The notes below the pieces were generated by a model. The model was not told the origin of the DNA, ran no database searches, and saw only the letters and a program-made list of their open reading frames with translations. Made by a program: the position numbers and the translations under genes. From an uncultured Candidatus Saccharibacteria bacterium (lineage in GTDB: Bacteria > Patescibacteriota > Minisyncoccia > UBA6257 > 2-01-FULL-56-20): 33,220 nucleotides of DNA. Positions 15,856 to 25,055 of the stretch are shown here, one piece after another (positions within the stretch are counted from its first letter, which is position 1; each line of letters begins with the position of its first letter). The stretch lies in contig CAZELH010000001.1 of the NCBI GenBank assembly GCA_964513095.1, forward strand, positions 1-33,220, written 5' to 3'.

Positions 15856-16476
15856 TTACTTCGAGGAAGCTGATCGGATATCTTTTTTCACAACTGTCAA
15901 AGAATTATCAAATTCATACACAAGTACTTCCCCTGTTCCAATTTCAACGTGTTCAATATCGGCGTCGTTTAAATGTTCTATGTGTTTTACCAAAGCGCGC
16001 AAACTATTGCCATGCGCAACCACGATAGTATTTCGTCCCGCCAAAAGATCGGGCACGATAGAGTCGGTAAAATACGGCACGACTCGAGCGGAAACATCTT
16101 GCAGGGTTTCGCCGTTAGGTACCGGCACATTCCACCCCCGTCTGATGCTGTTAAACTGTTCTTCTCCAATCAATTCTTTAATTTCCCATTTATTTTTACC
16201 GGTATAATCGCCGTAGTCACGTTCGTTGAGTGCTTCATGGTGAGTAATGGTCGCAACGGGATGTTTGAAAAATTCCATCGCATGAGAAAGTGTTTTTTTA
16301 GCGCGATCCAAAAGAGACGTGTGCGCGACATCAATAGAAATATCAGCAATCACTGTCCCTGCCGCACGGGCTTCCGCGATTCCTTCAGGCGCTAACGCGA
16401 CATCGGTAATACCCGTCCACAACCCAAGGTGATTCCATTCCGATTTTCCATGTCGAAGCAAAATAAGATGCGCCAT
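15856..16476 (-). CDS. gpmA: 2,3-bisphosphoglycerate-dependent phosphoglycerate mutase
   Basis: LILLRHGKSEWN (catalytic His) and VAHGNSLRAL. Start at ATG 16476, 4 nt after the eno stop. The track extension to 16572 overlaps eno. Confidence 0.9.
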   Translation of the reverse strand: MAHLILLRHGKSEWNHLGLWTGITDVALAPEGIAEARAAGTVIADISIDVAHTSLLDRAKKTLSHAMEFFKHPVATITHHEALNERDYGDYTGKNKWEIKELIGEEQFNSIRRGWNVPVPNGETLQDVSARVVPYFTDSIVPDLLAGRNTIVVAHGNSLRALVKHIEHLNDADIEHVEIGTGEVLVYEFDNSLTVVKKDIRSASSK

Positions 16477-16480
16477 ACTG

Positions 16481-17767
16481 TTATGAATGAAGGATTGAAG
16501 TATTAAATACCGCCGAATCGCCCAGCATTTCCTCGATTCGTAATAATTCGTTGTATTTCGCAACGCGCTCACTGCGAGAAACTGATCCCGTTTTTATTTG
16601 TCCCGTGCCAAGTCCCACCGCCAAATGGGCAATGGTGGTATCTTCGGTTTCACCGCTTCGATGAGAGATAATAGTGTTCCACCCCGATTGATGCGCCATA
16701 TCAACGGCATCAATACTTTCAGTTACGCTACCAATTTGATTGACCTTAATCAAAATAGCGTTTGCGGATTGTTCTTGTATCGCTCGAGTTAAAAATTGAG
16801 TGTTAGTCACCAATAAATCATCGCCGACTAACTGCGTGGTTTTTCCTAATCGTTTCGTAAGGTCACCCCAACCACTCCAATCGCTTTCCGCCAAACCATC
16901 TTCGATTGAAATAATCGGGTATGTTTTTTGCAAAGATTCATACCACGCAATCATGTCCGCGGAAGAGAGTGTTTTATTTTCGCACGCCAATGTGTAGCGA
17001 TCGTTCGCAAATAATTCACTCGATGCGACATCGAGTGCAAAAACGAAATCAGTCCCCACGGTGTATCCGGCTCGAGTAACTGCCTCGGCAATAAGTGCAA
17101 GCGCTTCGGCATTGCCACCGCGAACATGTGGAGCGAACCCACCCTCATCACCTACGGTGGTGCTGTAATTTTTTTCGCTCAATACTTTTTTAAGACTATG
17201 AAAAACTTCTGTCATCCCCCGCAACCCATCGTGAAATGTTGAAAATCCAACAGGGGCAATCATGAATTCTTGTATGTCAGTCGAACCATCGGCATGTTTT
17301 CCGCCATTGATGATATTGCACAGTGGTAGTGGTAAAGAAAGTGGTCGGCGCACTTTGGATAGTGATTGAAAATAAGAATAGAGCGGAATCTTTTTTGAAT
17401 GGGCGGTCGCATGAGCAGTTGCTAAAGAAACAGAAAGAATAGCGTTTGCACCCAACCGTTTTTTATTTTCCGTCCCATCAAGGGCGATAAGCGCCTCATC
17501 AAGACCTCGTTGATCTTCGGCGTCGCGACCAATAACAAGTTTTTTAATTTCCGTATTTACAAAAGAGACGGCTTGAAAAACGCCTTTGCCACCAAAACGA
17601 TTTTTATCTCCATCACGAAGTTCCCACGCTTCAAAAGAACCAGTAGAGGCTCCGGAAGGTACCGCGGCACGACCAAGAGTGCCGTCGGCGAGAGTAATAT
17701 CTGCTTCAATAGTAGGATTACCGCGAGAATCAAGAATCTCGCGCGCGTGAACGTCGGTTATTTTCAT
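16481..17767 (-). CDS. eno: enolase
   Basis: ILDSRGNPTIEA, IKVNQIGSVTES, SHRSGETEDTTIA. 428 aa. Confidence 0.97.
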   Translation of the reverse strand: MKITDVHAREILDSRGNPTIEADITLADGTLGRAAVPSGASTGSFEAWELRDGDKNRFGGKGVFQAVSFVNTEIKKLVIGRDAEDQRGLDEALIALDGTENKKRLGANAILSVSLATAHATAHSKKIPLYSYFQSLSKVRRPLSLPLPLCNIINGGKHADGSTDIQEFMIAPVGFSTFHDGLRGMTEVFHSLKKVLSEKNYSTTVGDEGGFAPHVRGGNAEALALIAEAVTRAGYTVGTDFVFALDVASSELFANDRYTLACENKTLSSADMIAWYESLQKTYPIISIEDGLAESDWSGWGDLTKRLGKTTQLVGDDLLVTNTQFLTRAIQEQSANAILIKVNQIGSVTESIDAVDMAHQSGWNTIISHRSGETEDTTIAHLAVGLGTGQIKTGSVSRSERVAKYNELLRIEEMLGDSAVFNTSILHS

Positions 17768-17774
17768 TCTATCG

Positions 17775-17803
17775 ATTGTAAAACCTTTATATGTTCTGGT
17801 CTA
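17775..17803 (-). promoter_or_regulatory. promoter giving a leaderless eno-gpmA mRNA
   Basis: On the - strand: TAGACC (17798-17803), 17 nt, TACAAT (17775-17780), 7 nt to ATG 17767. Confidence 0.45.
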
Positions 17804-17891
17804 GTGGTGTTTGTTGGAAGATTCTGACAACAAAAAAACTATCGGTTGTGACACCTAATTTCTATAATACGCACAGTGCATCCAAGATGCT

Positions 17892-18047
17892 TTATCCTCC
17901 CACGAATACCCCCAAATAGTACGGCCAAAGCAAAAGAGCCAAAACTCCCTGCCAAAAACTAAGGTGTAAAAACCCAATAGTGAAAAACCAAGCCCCAATC
18001 CAGAGGAGCCCCACCGAACTATGCTGTTCTATCTTGATTTTGTTCAT
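17892..18047 (-). CDS. unlisted 51-aa Trp-rich membrane micro-protein
   Basis: My hand translation gives MNKIKIEQHSSVGLLWIGAWFFTIGFLHLSFWQGVLALLLWPYYLGVFVGG*. It falls below the track's 60-aa cut-off. TATACT (18054-18059) lies 6 nt upstream of the ATG, as for other genes here. Confidence 0.45.
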   Translation of the reverse strand: MNKIKIEQHSSVGLLWIGAWFFTIGFLHLSFWQGVLALLLWPYYLGVFVGG

Positions 18048-18092
18048 ATGGGTAGTATATCACTCCGCCCGCCGAAAGAAAAAAGGAAAAAC

Positions 18093-18121
18093 TTGACAAA
18101 TTTAGATATAAGTAGTAGTAT
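18093..18121 (+). promoter_or_regulatory. sigma70-like promoter of the 18239 gene
   Basis: TTGACA (18093-18098), 17 nt, TAGTAT (18116-18121). It predicts a leader of about 110 nt. Confidence 0.55.
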
Positions 18122-18238
18122 CGCAAAACGACGTTGATTTCGATAAATCAACACTTTGACAACCAAAAAATCCAGTCGACCTGAAGGCATATGCGTGAAA
18201 AGATCACCAATGACCTTCGGCGACAAACAGGAGAAAAT

Positions 18239-19039
18239 ATGACTACGAGAATCTATCTTGACCAAGAAGTGAAAACCGCGGTTTTGAAAAATGAGAAGAT
18301 CGATTTTTTCGACAACAACCGCATTTATAAATTCAAAGGTTTTCATTTGCAAAATCAAAGCGGAGATCTCTATCTAGAAATCAACGACCAAATCTTCCAA
18401 GATGTGCCGAAGTTACTTGAACTGCACGTTGAACGAGTCACTTTGTGTGAAACATTACGCATGCCGTCATATAGGGAATGCGGGATCTATGAGAATGGTT
18501 CTGCACAAGCGGAATTAAGGGTAGTGGATAGTACTCCCATGACATACCGCATGAGCATGGTGGGGAAAAAACTGGAAGATATTAAAAATCTTCTTCACCT
18601 CATCAAGATTGGGCAAATTCGCCCAACGATGAGCTATCATGATCCCCAAGGCGGTCTTTCCCGAGTCGAACTTGAGAAAGAGTTGGAGTTGGCAAAAGCA
18701 GAGAGCGCGGCTCTCTGCGATGCTCTGAAAAACGCGGAGTCAGAGTTGGTTGCGAAACAAAAAGAGTCAGATCTTACCAAGTTCGCACTCGCTCGTGTTC
18801 AAAACCAATTAAACATCGAAAGAGAAAAGGCAAGACTTGAAGAAATCCACCTTAAGCAGGTGTGCGTAAGCCGTTCAAACATCCTTGAAGTTGTCAAAAT
18901 CTTAAAAGCCGAACTGGAAGATCGACTTCTTCCTTTTGTCTTATCCAAATCGATGATTGGGAAATTGCAAACAATTATCGATTTTGGACACAGGTATGAC
19001 ACAGAAACCAAGGGAGCGGCAGAAACGGAAGTCGTCTGA
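18239..19039 (+). CDS. hypothetical protein with C-terminal coiled coil (266 aa)
   Basis: Start at ATG 18239 (MTTRIYLDQ), preceded by AGGAG (18229-18233). The track start at 18191 lacks an SD. The ELEKELELAKAESAAL...EREKARLEE segment is coiled-coil-like. Confidence 0.7.
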   Translation: MTTRIYLDQEVKTAVLKNEKIDFFDNNRIYKFKGFHLQNQSGDLYLEINDQIFQDVPKLLELHVERVTLCETLRMPSYRECGIYENGSAQAELRVVDSTPMTYRMSMVGKKLEDIKNLLHLIKIGQIRPTMSYHDPQGGLSRVELEKELELAKAESAALCDALKNAESELVAKQKESDLTKFALARVQNQLNIEREKARLEEIHLKQVCVSRSNILEVVKILKAELEDRLLPFVLSKSMIGKLQTIIDFGHRYDTETKGAAETEVV

Positions 19040-19077
19040 AATTCCCTACCCCAGAGCCTGACTGGATACAAACAGGC

Positions 19078-19109
19078 AACCCGACGAAATTACTTTCGTC
19101 GGGTTTTTC
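19078..19109 (+). terminator. rho-independent terminator
   Basis: AACCCGACGAAA ttac TTTCGTCGGGTT followed by TTTTC. Confidence 0.85.
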
Positions 19110-19213
19110 TTTGCCTCGCCGTAGTTTTAACGAAGGAGGGTTCGCCACGCCGAAACCCTGCCTGTCGGCTTTATAAAGTTAAAAAATAGAATCAAATTAT
19201 CTCAAATCTTTGC

Positions 19214-19287
19214 CGTCATCCCGAGCTTGGCGAGGGATCTCCGTTTATAAGGATGTTGTGGGATCCCTCGCATAGCTCGGGATGACG
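19214..19287. repeat. 74-nt palindromic element, second copy (24 of 26 bp paired, 22-nt loop)
   Basis: cgtcatcccgagcttggcgagggatc (19214-19239) pairs with gatccctcgcatagctcgggatgacg (19262-19287). Arm and loop lengths are the same as at 9921-9994. Confidence 0.85.
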
Positions 19288-19310
19288 AAATATCAACAAC
19301 CAGCATTTTT

Positions 19311-19336
19311 GTCATTCCGGCCCCCGAGCCGGAATC
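19311..19336. repeat. single GTCATTCC...GGAATC hairpin unit
   Basis: gtcattccggcccccgagccggaatc, with stem ATTCCGGC/GCCGGAAT. Confidence 0.65.
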
Positions 19337-19356
19337 TGCGTATTTTCTTGATTTGT

Positions 19357-19381
19357 AATCCGCAATCCTCCAATCCGCAAT
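19357..19381 (+). repeat. tandem AATCCGCAAT motif
   Basis: aatccgcaat at 19357-19366 and 19372-19381. The same core occurs at 10174-10183 and, inverted, at 4052-4060. Confidence 0.65.
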
Positions 19382-19396
19382 TTTTTATCGCATTTC

Positions 19397-19675
19397 CTAC
19401 ATCCCATGCATAGTGCGATGTGCAAGATTCCATAGCCACCCAAAAATAATTCCGATACTATACCCGATTACAAACGTGGCAATAACCAAAACAATAGCAT
19501 TGGAAAAAGAAAATGGCGCGATACTGTATTGAAAATTCAAAAAATGAAGATTCAAAATCCAATCCAAAAATGGTTTTGCTATTCCTAAAAACACCATGGT
19601 TGCCCAAATCGCATGCCACACACCGAGCAACCCACCAAACACAAGACCCATTTTATGAAGATTTAATTGATTCAT
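19397..19675 (-). CDS. hypothetical 3-TM small membrane protein (92 aa)
   Basis: A complete, strongly hydrophobic ORF. No family recognised. Confidence 0.6.
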   Translation of the reverse strand: MNQLNLHKMGLVFGGLLGVWHAIWATMVFLGIAKPFLDWILNLHFLNFQYSIAPFSFSNAIVLVIATFVIGYSIGIIFGWLWNLAHRTMHGM

Positions 19676-19763
19676 AAAAGTGAAGAAGTGTCTCTCGACC
19701 TTTCGATACGCCCTATCTCTCTACAGTATAGCAATACGAAGTATCTGCGAGTATGATAAAAAT

Positions 19764-20147
19764 ATGAGTGTTTCGAATAAAAAACCAACAACGATTGCGC
19801 AATACATCGCATCCGCCCCCAAGGAATCGCAAGAAAAATTACGCCAAATATACGAATGTATTGCAAAATCAGCCCCCGATGCGCAAGAGGGTTTGAAATG
19901 GAGTATGCCCGCGTTTTCATACACCCGAATACTAGTGATGTTTGCGGGTTTCAGGCATCACGTGGGATTCTACCCAACTCCATCGGCAGTAAAAGCGTTT
20001 GAGAAAGAGTTGAAAAAATACAAAATCGCCAAAGGTTCCATTCAATTCCCACTCGATACGCCGCTCCCCCTCGCACTGATTAAAAAAATAACTGCCTTTC
20101 GGATAAAAGAGGAAAAGAAAGAAGGTGGCACATGGCGATCAAAGTAA
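19764..20147 (+). CDS. DUF1801 (YdhG-like) domain protein
   Basis: IAQYIASAPKESQEKLRQIYECIAKSAPDAQEGLKWSMPAF ... GSIQFPLDTPLPLALIKKI is typical of DUF1801. Start at ATG 19764, with TATGAT (19752-19757) 6 nt upstream. Confidence 0.75.
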   Translation: MSVSNKKPTTIAQYIASAPKESQEKLRQIYECIAKSAPDAQEGLKWSMPAFSYTRILVMFAGFRHHVGFYPTPSAVKAFEKELKKYKIAKGSIQFPLDTPLPLALIKKITAFRIKEEKKEGGTWRSK

Positions 20148-20163
20148 TGACGGTGTAAACAAG

Positions 20164-20931
20164 CTATTCAAGTAATTCAGAAATTGCCACTCGGTATTGC
20201 TCTTCTTTGGCGCCTTCCCGAAACGCACGAGCGCTTTCGTATTCTTCTCCACCAACCGCTTCACCTTTAATTAAATTATCGCTGACGAGCAAAAGAGCTG
20301 AGGCGGGAATAGTAAAGTGATTTGAAACGGCTATAACGGTCGCGGCCTCCATCTCAACCCCGTAGTAACCGTTCATTGACCAATCTTTTATGTCAGCAAG
20401 GGTTTCACCCATCATTGCTTGGCAGGTTATCGTTGGGCCACGATGAATTGTATAGTGAGAGTCAATCTTTTTGACAAGAGAATCGCTCAATAATTGGCTG
20501 GGAAAATGCTTATGGTCAACAACGTCTCTTTGGTAAAGTCGCGTGGTACTTTCATTGCCATGGGCAAATGTTGGAATAATAAAATCACCAGTGGCGAGTT
20601 GGTCAAACAAACCGCCACACGTCCCTATGAGAATATTTTTGTTTGATCCAAACAAGCAGGCAAGGTGTAAGTATTCCGAAAGCAATGCGCCTCCATAAGA
20701 AACAGCAAACCAATACTTTTTCCCCTCAACAATAAATTCCAACAGTTCACCCAAGAAAGAAGGGAGTCGTTGTATCTCAAATTTGATTGACTGTTGAATC
20801 AATGATTTTTTGAGCATCTCAAAATTTTTTTCCTTATTCCAACTTCCATAGATAAGCATACCGGAGACGGTGTAATCCTCCGGTAATTTCAATAACTTTC
20901 GCCATTCAACGGCGGTAAATTCTTTATACAT
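20164..20931 (-). CDS. nucleoside phosphorylase superfamily (PNP_UDP_1-like) protein
   Basis: GTCGGL ... YGVEMEAATV ... LLLVSDNL resembles the PNP/UDP/MTAN fold motifs. Substrate unknown. Confidence 0.7.
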   Translation of the reverse strand: MYKEFTAVEWRKLLKLPEDYTVSGMLIYGSWNKEKNFEMLKKSLIQQSIKFEIQRLPSFLGELLEFIVEGKKYWFAVSYGGALLSEYLHLACLFGSNKNILIGTCGGLFDQLATGDFIIPTFAHGNESTTRLYQRDVVDHKHFPSQLLSDSLVKKIDSHYTIHRGPTITCQAMMGETLADIKDWSMNGYYGVEMEAATVIAVSNHFTIPASALLLVSDNLIKGEAVGGEEYESARAFREGAKEEQYRVAISELLE

Positions 20932-20981
20932 GATAGAAATATAGTATCAGATGATGCGGTCACAAAGACAGGGATTATTTT

Positions 20982-21010
20982 TTGACTGTTTTGAAATTTT
21001 ACGATACAAT
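20982..21010 (+). promoter_or_regulatory. sigma70-like promoter of the copper cluster
   Basis: TTGACT (20982-20987), 17 nt, TACAAT (21005-21010), 10 nt to ATG 21021. The track's TTG start at 20982 is the -35 box itself. Confidence 0.55.
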
Positions 21011-21020
21011 AGAAACCATC

Positions 21021-21413
21021 ATGCACGGCGTTAAAAAAGTCATAACCGCCATCCTCCTTTCTGCAATTGTGGTGCTTGCGGGGTCATCGCTCTGTCTTGC
21101 AACAGGCAACCCAAGCGTTATGTCCGACTGTGGAAATCAAATGAACGAAACTGTTTCTCACGCAGTATGCCCTTTTATGTCCACCTCAATCTCCACCCTC
21201 CCCGCTCCTATTGTTGGAAAAGAAATCACGTTTCTCGTTTTTCTTTTTACGATACCAATGGCGTTAATACTGGTCACCAAAAATACTGCCGGTGAAATAC
21301 TGGCGACTACGCGCCATCGCACCAACCCGCACACTCCACCGAGATCATTTCTTGATACAACCACACGGTTAATCGCCAGTGGCACACTTCACTCGCGAGT
21401 ATTTGATTTTTAA
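21021..21413 (+). CDS. hypothetical membrane protein with Cys/His/Met candidate metal ligands
   Basis: MHGVKKVITAILLSAIVVLAG (TM or signal), MSDCGNQMNETVSHAVCPFM, a second TM and a His/Arg-rich tail. It lies immediately upstream of the copper genes. Confidence 0.6.
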   Translation: MHGVKKVITAILLSAIVVLAGSSLCLATGNPSVMSDCGNQMNETVSHAVCPFMSTSISTLPAPIVGKEITFLVFLFTIPMALILVTKNTAGEILATTRHRTNPHTPPRSFLDTTTRLIASGTLHSRVFDF

Positions 21414-21488
21414 GGCATTCGCGCATTCAATACTTTTCAAAAAAGAAAAAAGAATGCGTTTTTTACTCGTACACACGCTAAAAAAATC

Positions 21489-22838
21489 ATGAAAAAGAAA
21501 TATGCAATAGCCGGAATGCACTGCAAATCGTGCGAAATACTTCTTGAAAAAAGTATCTCACAAATCTCCGGTGTCAAAAAAGTTGAAGTGAGCCAAAAAT
21601 TAGGAATTGCGGAAGTTGAATTTTCGCATGGGATCGTAGCGGAGGAGCTCATCGCCCAAGCAGTCAATGACGCGGGGTACACGCTTGGTCATGCAAAAAA
21701 GCTTCCATGGGTATCGCGAAATCCAGAAGAATGGATGGAGCTATTGCTTGGCACCACCACACTCTTGTTTTTCTGGATGGTGGGAAATACGGTGGGTATC
21801 TTCGATACGTTTGGAACAAATATTTCCGCCACACCAACCTACCCCATTATATTTATCATCGGCCTTACCGCCGGCGTCTCAACCTGCATGGCAGTAGTGG
21901 GAGGGCTGGTCGCCGGTTTTTCTGCCTCATACGCGCAAAAACATCAGTACGCTACTCGCTGGGAGCGATTTAAACCACACCTCTTCTTTAACATCGGGAG
22001 ATTACTTTCGTATGCGATACTAGGCGGTGTTATTGGGTCTTTAGGATCAGTTGTTACCATATCAACTGGATTTACGGGTGTTCTAGTTGCCGTATCTGGC
22101 CTCGTTATGGTGGTAATGGGAATGAAACTCACGGACATTTCTCCAAAACTTTCCAATACCAACATAACCCTTCCAAAAAAAATAAGTCAGATGCTCGGTA
22201 TTCACAAAAATGATGGAGAGTATTCACATGCACAAGCATTTATTGGAGGAATACTCACTTTTTTCTTGCCCTGTGGGTTCACGCAGGCGGTGCAAGTCTA
22301 TGCGATAACGACAGGAAGTTTTGCAACAGGCGCAATCGTCATGTTTCTGTTTGCGCTCGGCACGATGCCGGGGTTGGTAGGTATTGGCGCGCTCACCACG
22401 CTCTTGCAAGGCAAAGGAGCGAAAATCATCTTTCGATTTATCGGTCTGATCGTCTTGATACTAGGAATAGTGAATCTTTCCAACGGAATAAGCGCCAGTG
22501 GAATACAAATTCCTTCCCCTTTTGATATGTTTGGAAATAAAGCAACAACAAACGAAGCAATCATTGAAAATGGCGAACAGGTCGTGAAAATGATTCAATC
22601 AGCTGGCGGATATAGCCCCAATAAATTCATTGTGAAAAAAGGAATTCCGGTGCGGTGGGTTATTGATTCACAAAACGCCTACACCTGCGCTGCCTCACTT
22701 CGAATGCCACAGTACAACATCGCGCAATTCTTGAAAGAAGGAGAAAACGTCATCACGTTCACGCCAACGCAAGCAGGAGTCGTGCGATTTATGTGCAGTA
22801 TGGGTATGTATTCGGGAACATTCACCGTAGTAGAATAA
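21489..22838 (+). CDS. HMA domain / TauE-DsbD-like permease / C-terminal cupredoxin-like fusion protein
   Basis: N-terminal GMHCKSCE heavy-metal-associated motif, about 6 TM helices with FFLPCGFTQ, and a C-terminal beta-rich domain ending [16 protein letters not shown]. Confidence 0.8.
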   Translation: MKKKYAIAGMHCKSCEILLEKSISQISGVKKVEVSQKLGIAEVEFSHGIVAEELIAQAVNDAGYTLGHAKKLPWVSRNPEEWMELLLGTTTLLFFWMVGNTVGIFDTFGTNISATPTYPIIFIIGLTAGVSTCMAVVGGLVAGFSASYAQKHQYATRWERFKPHLFFNIGRLLSYAILGGVIGSLGSVVTISTGFTGVLVAVSGLVMVVMGMKLTDISPKLSNTNITLPKKISQMLGIHKNDGEYSHAQAFIGGILTFFLPCGFTQAVQVYAITTGSFATGAIVMFLFALGTMPGLVGIGALTTLLQGKGAKIIFRFIGLIVLILGIVNLSNGISASGIQIPSPFDMFGNKATTNEAIIENGEQVVKMIQSAGGYSPNKFIVKKGIPVRWVIDSQNAYTCAASLRMPQYNIAQFLKEGENVITFTPTQAGVVRFMCSMGMYSGTFTVVE

Positions 22839-22854
22839 AAACATCATAAAAAAT

Positions 22855-25023
22855 ATGAAAAAAATTTCATTTGGCATTGGTGGCATGCACTGTGCCTCAT
22901 GTGTCGTTCTCAATGAAAAAGCGATACGATCGGTGGCAGGAGTAACAGATGTGTCGGTAAATTTCGGACTTCGAAAAGCACAAGTTTCATTCGATGAAAC
23001 AAAAACGACGGAAAAAGATATTCACGACGCAGTTATTGCTGGTGGATACACGGTTGAAAGTAGTTCCAATAGCACGATGCGTCATGAGCACGCGCAAAAA
23101 GAGATTGTGCGGGTAAAAAAAACCGCCATCTGGTCTGTTGGCTTAGCAATCGTAACAGCAATACTTGCAATGGCAAACATACGGTTTGGTATTCCTGTAT
23201 TGAACCGCGATCTTTCGGCGCTAACGCAAATGGTAGTAAGCGCCATCGTCATTTTCGGATTTGGACGAGAGTTTCATGTTGGAATGTTCAAAAAAGCACG
23301 CAGATTTCAAGCCGATATGGACACATTAGTGTCTCTTGGCACTATCGCCGCGTTCGCCTTTAGTGTCTATGGACTCATCATGCAAAGCCCCGATTCTTAT
23401 TTTGAAACAGGAGCAGTTATTGCGGGATTGATTTTGTTGGGGCGGTATTTTGAAGCAAAAAGTCGCGGATCAGCTGGAGAAGCGGTTGAGAAATTGATGC
23501 AACTGGGTGCAAAATCAGCACACGTAGTACGAAATGGACAAGAAACAGAAATTCCAATCGCCGATGTTACTCTTGGCGATATTCTTCGCATTCGTCCGGG
23601 AGAAAAAATTCCGGTAGATGGCAGTGTGCTTTCGGGAAATTCGAGCGTCGATGAGTCGATGCTCACCGGCGAAAGTATGCCAGTCACCAAAAAAATTGGC
23701 GACAAGGTGTTTGGCGCAACATTGAACAGTAGTGGAAGTTTCGAAATGAGAGCTGAAAAAGTAGGAAGCGACACCGTCCTCGCGCAGATTGTAAAAATGG
23801 TGGAAGAGGCGCAAACCCAAAAAGCGCCAATTGAACGGTTGGCCGACACACTATCATCGATATTCGTGCCGATTGTATTGGGAATTTCAGTAGTAACGGT
23901 TGCGGGGTGGTTCTGGGCAACAAAAGACATCACGCAAGCCATTACGACGGCAGTAGCCGTGTTAGTGGTCGCTTGCCCGTGTGCGTTGGGGTTGGCAACA
24001 CCAACGGCGGTGATGGTGGGCACCGGCGAAGGTGCGCGCCGTGGCGTGTTGATTAAAAACGGATCATCGCTCGAGAAAGGGAAGAAAATAGACACCGTAA
24101 TATTCGATAAAACCGGCACGCTTACCCAAGGAAAACCGAAAGTGACCGATGTCATTTCGGTGGATGGTGTCGCGGAAAATGAATTACTTGTCATCGGAGC
24201 GAGTATTGAAAGCTACTCCGAGCATCCCCTCGCCCACGCAATTGTCGAATATGCAAAAGAAAAAAACAGCAAGATAGTCGATGTAAAAAATTTCACGGCA
24301 ATAACAGGCAAAGGTGTGCGTGGTGAAGTAAATGGTGCGCAGATTGTAATGAGCAGTGTTCGATTTGCGCACGAAGAGCATGTCGATATAAGCAAAGTAC
24401 AATCAAATATTACGCAATTAGAACTCGAAGCAAAAACAGTTATTGTTGTAATAAAAAACGGTGAAGTTATCGGCGCACTTGCTATTGCCGACGCCATAAA
24501 AGAAGACGCGCCACTCGCCGTAGCTACCCTAAAAAAGATGGGTATGAAAGTCGCGATGATTACAGGAGACAACGAAGCCACTGCTCGTGCTATTGGGAAA
24601 ATGGTTGGCATCGACGACGTCATCGCTCACGTACTGCCGCAAGACAAAGCAAAAGCAGTAAAAAGCTTGCAAATGAAGGGTGCGAAAATTGCCTTTGTGG
24701 GTGACGGCATCAACGATGCCCCCGCGCTCGTACAATCTGACTTAGGAATTGCGATGGGCACCGGTACCGATATTGCCATCGAATCAGGTGATATCGTCTT
24801 GGTTTCAGGGAGTCCGGTAAAAGTGGGCGTGGCAATTCAGTTGGCGCAAGTAACCTTTCGAACGATTAAACAAAACCTCTTTTGGGCATTCTTCTACAAC
24901 GTCGCCGCCATTCCCCTTGCCGCATTCGGATTACTCAACCCCATGATCGCCGCCACCGCAATGGCCGCATCGAGCGTGAGCGTGGTCGCCAACAGTCTCC
25001 GTATCAAACGCAAAAAAATGTAA
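22855..25023 (+). CDS. copA: copper-translocating P1B-type ATPase
   Basis: GMHCASCV (HMA), [18 protein letters not shown] (CPC), [15 protein letters not shown]. Confidence 0.95.
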   Translation: MKKISFGIGGMHCASCVVLNEKAIRSVAGVTDVSVNFGLRKAQVSFDETKTTEKDIHDAVIAGGYTVESSSNSTMRHEHAQKEIVRVKKTAIWSVGLAIVTAILAMANIRFGIPVLNRDLSALTQMVVSAIVIFGFGREFHVGMFKKARRFQADMDTLVSLGTIAAFAFSVYGLIMQSPDSYFETGAVIAGLILLGRYFEAKSRGSAGEAVEKLMQLGAKSAHVVRNGQETEIPIADVTLGDILRIRPGEKIPVDGSVLSGNSSVDESMLTGESMPVTKKIGDKVFGATLNSSGSFEMRAEKVGSDTVLAQIVKMVEEAQTQKAPIERLADTLSSIFVPIVLGISVVTVAGWFWATKDITQAITTAVAVLVVACPCALGLATPTAVMVGTGEGARRGVLIKNGSSLEKGKKIDTVIFDKTGTLTQGKPKVTDVISVDGVAENELLVIGASIESYSEHPLAHAIVEYAKEKNSKIVDVKNFTAITGKGVRGEVNGAQIVMSSVRFAHEEHVDISKVQSNITQLELEAKTVIVVIKNGEVIGALAIADAIKEDAPLAVATLKKMGMKVAMITGDNEATARAIGKMVGIDDVIAHVLPQDKAKAVKSLQMKGAKIAFVGDGINDAPALVQSDLGIAMGTGTDIAIESGDIVLVSGSPVKVGVAIQLAQVTFRTIKQNLFWAFFYNVAAIPLAAFGLLNPMIAATAMAASSVSVVANSLRIKRKKM

Positions 25024-25055
25024 GATAGATAAATTTCTCTTTAAGATACTCTCAA

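Noticed and set aside
18044-18358. 104-aa - strand ORF
   Set aside because: It overlaps the promoter, leader and 5' coding region of the SD-supported gene at 18239. The shorter, in-context micro-ORF at 17892-18047 is the more plausible - strand gene here.
21414-21488. A CsoR- or CopY-type operator upstream of the HMA-permease gene
   Set aside because: There is no TACAnnTGTA box and no GC-rich CsoR-like palindrome. Only a long-loop hairpin is present.
23397-24194. 265-aa - strand ORF inside copA, plus other antisense ORFs at 23515-23820, 24213-24623 and 22298-22564
   Set aside because: These are antisense shadows of strongly supported CopA or permease coding frames. Their products are low-complexity Ser/Thr/Pro-rich sequences.
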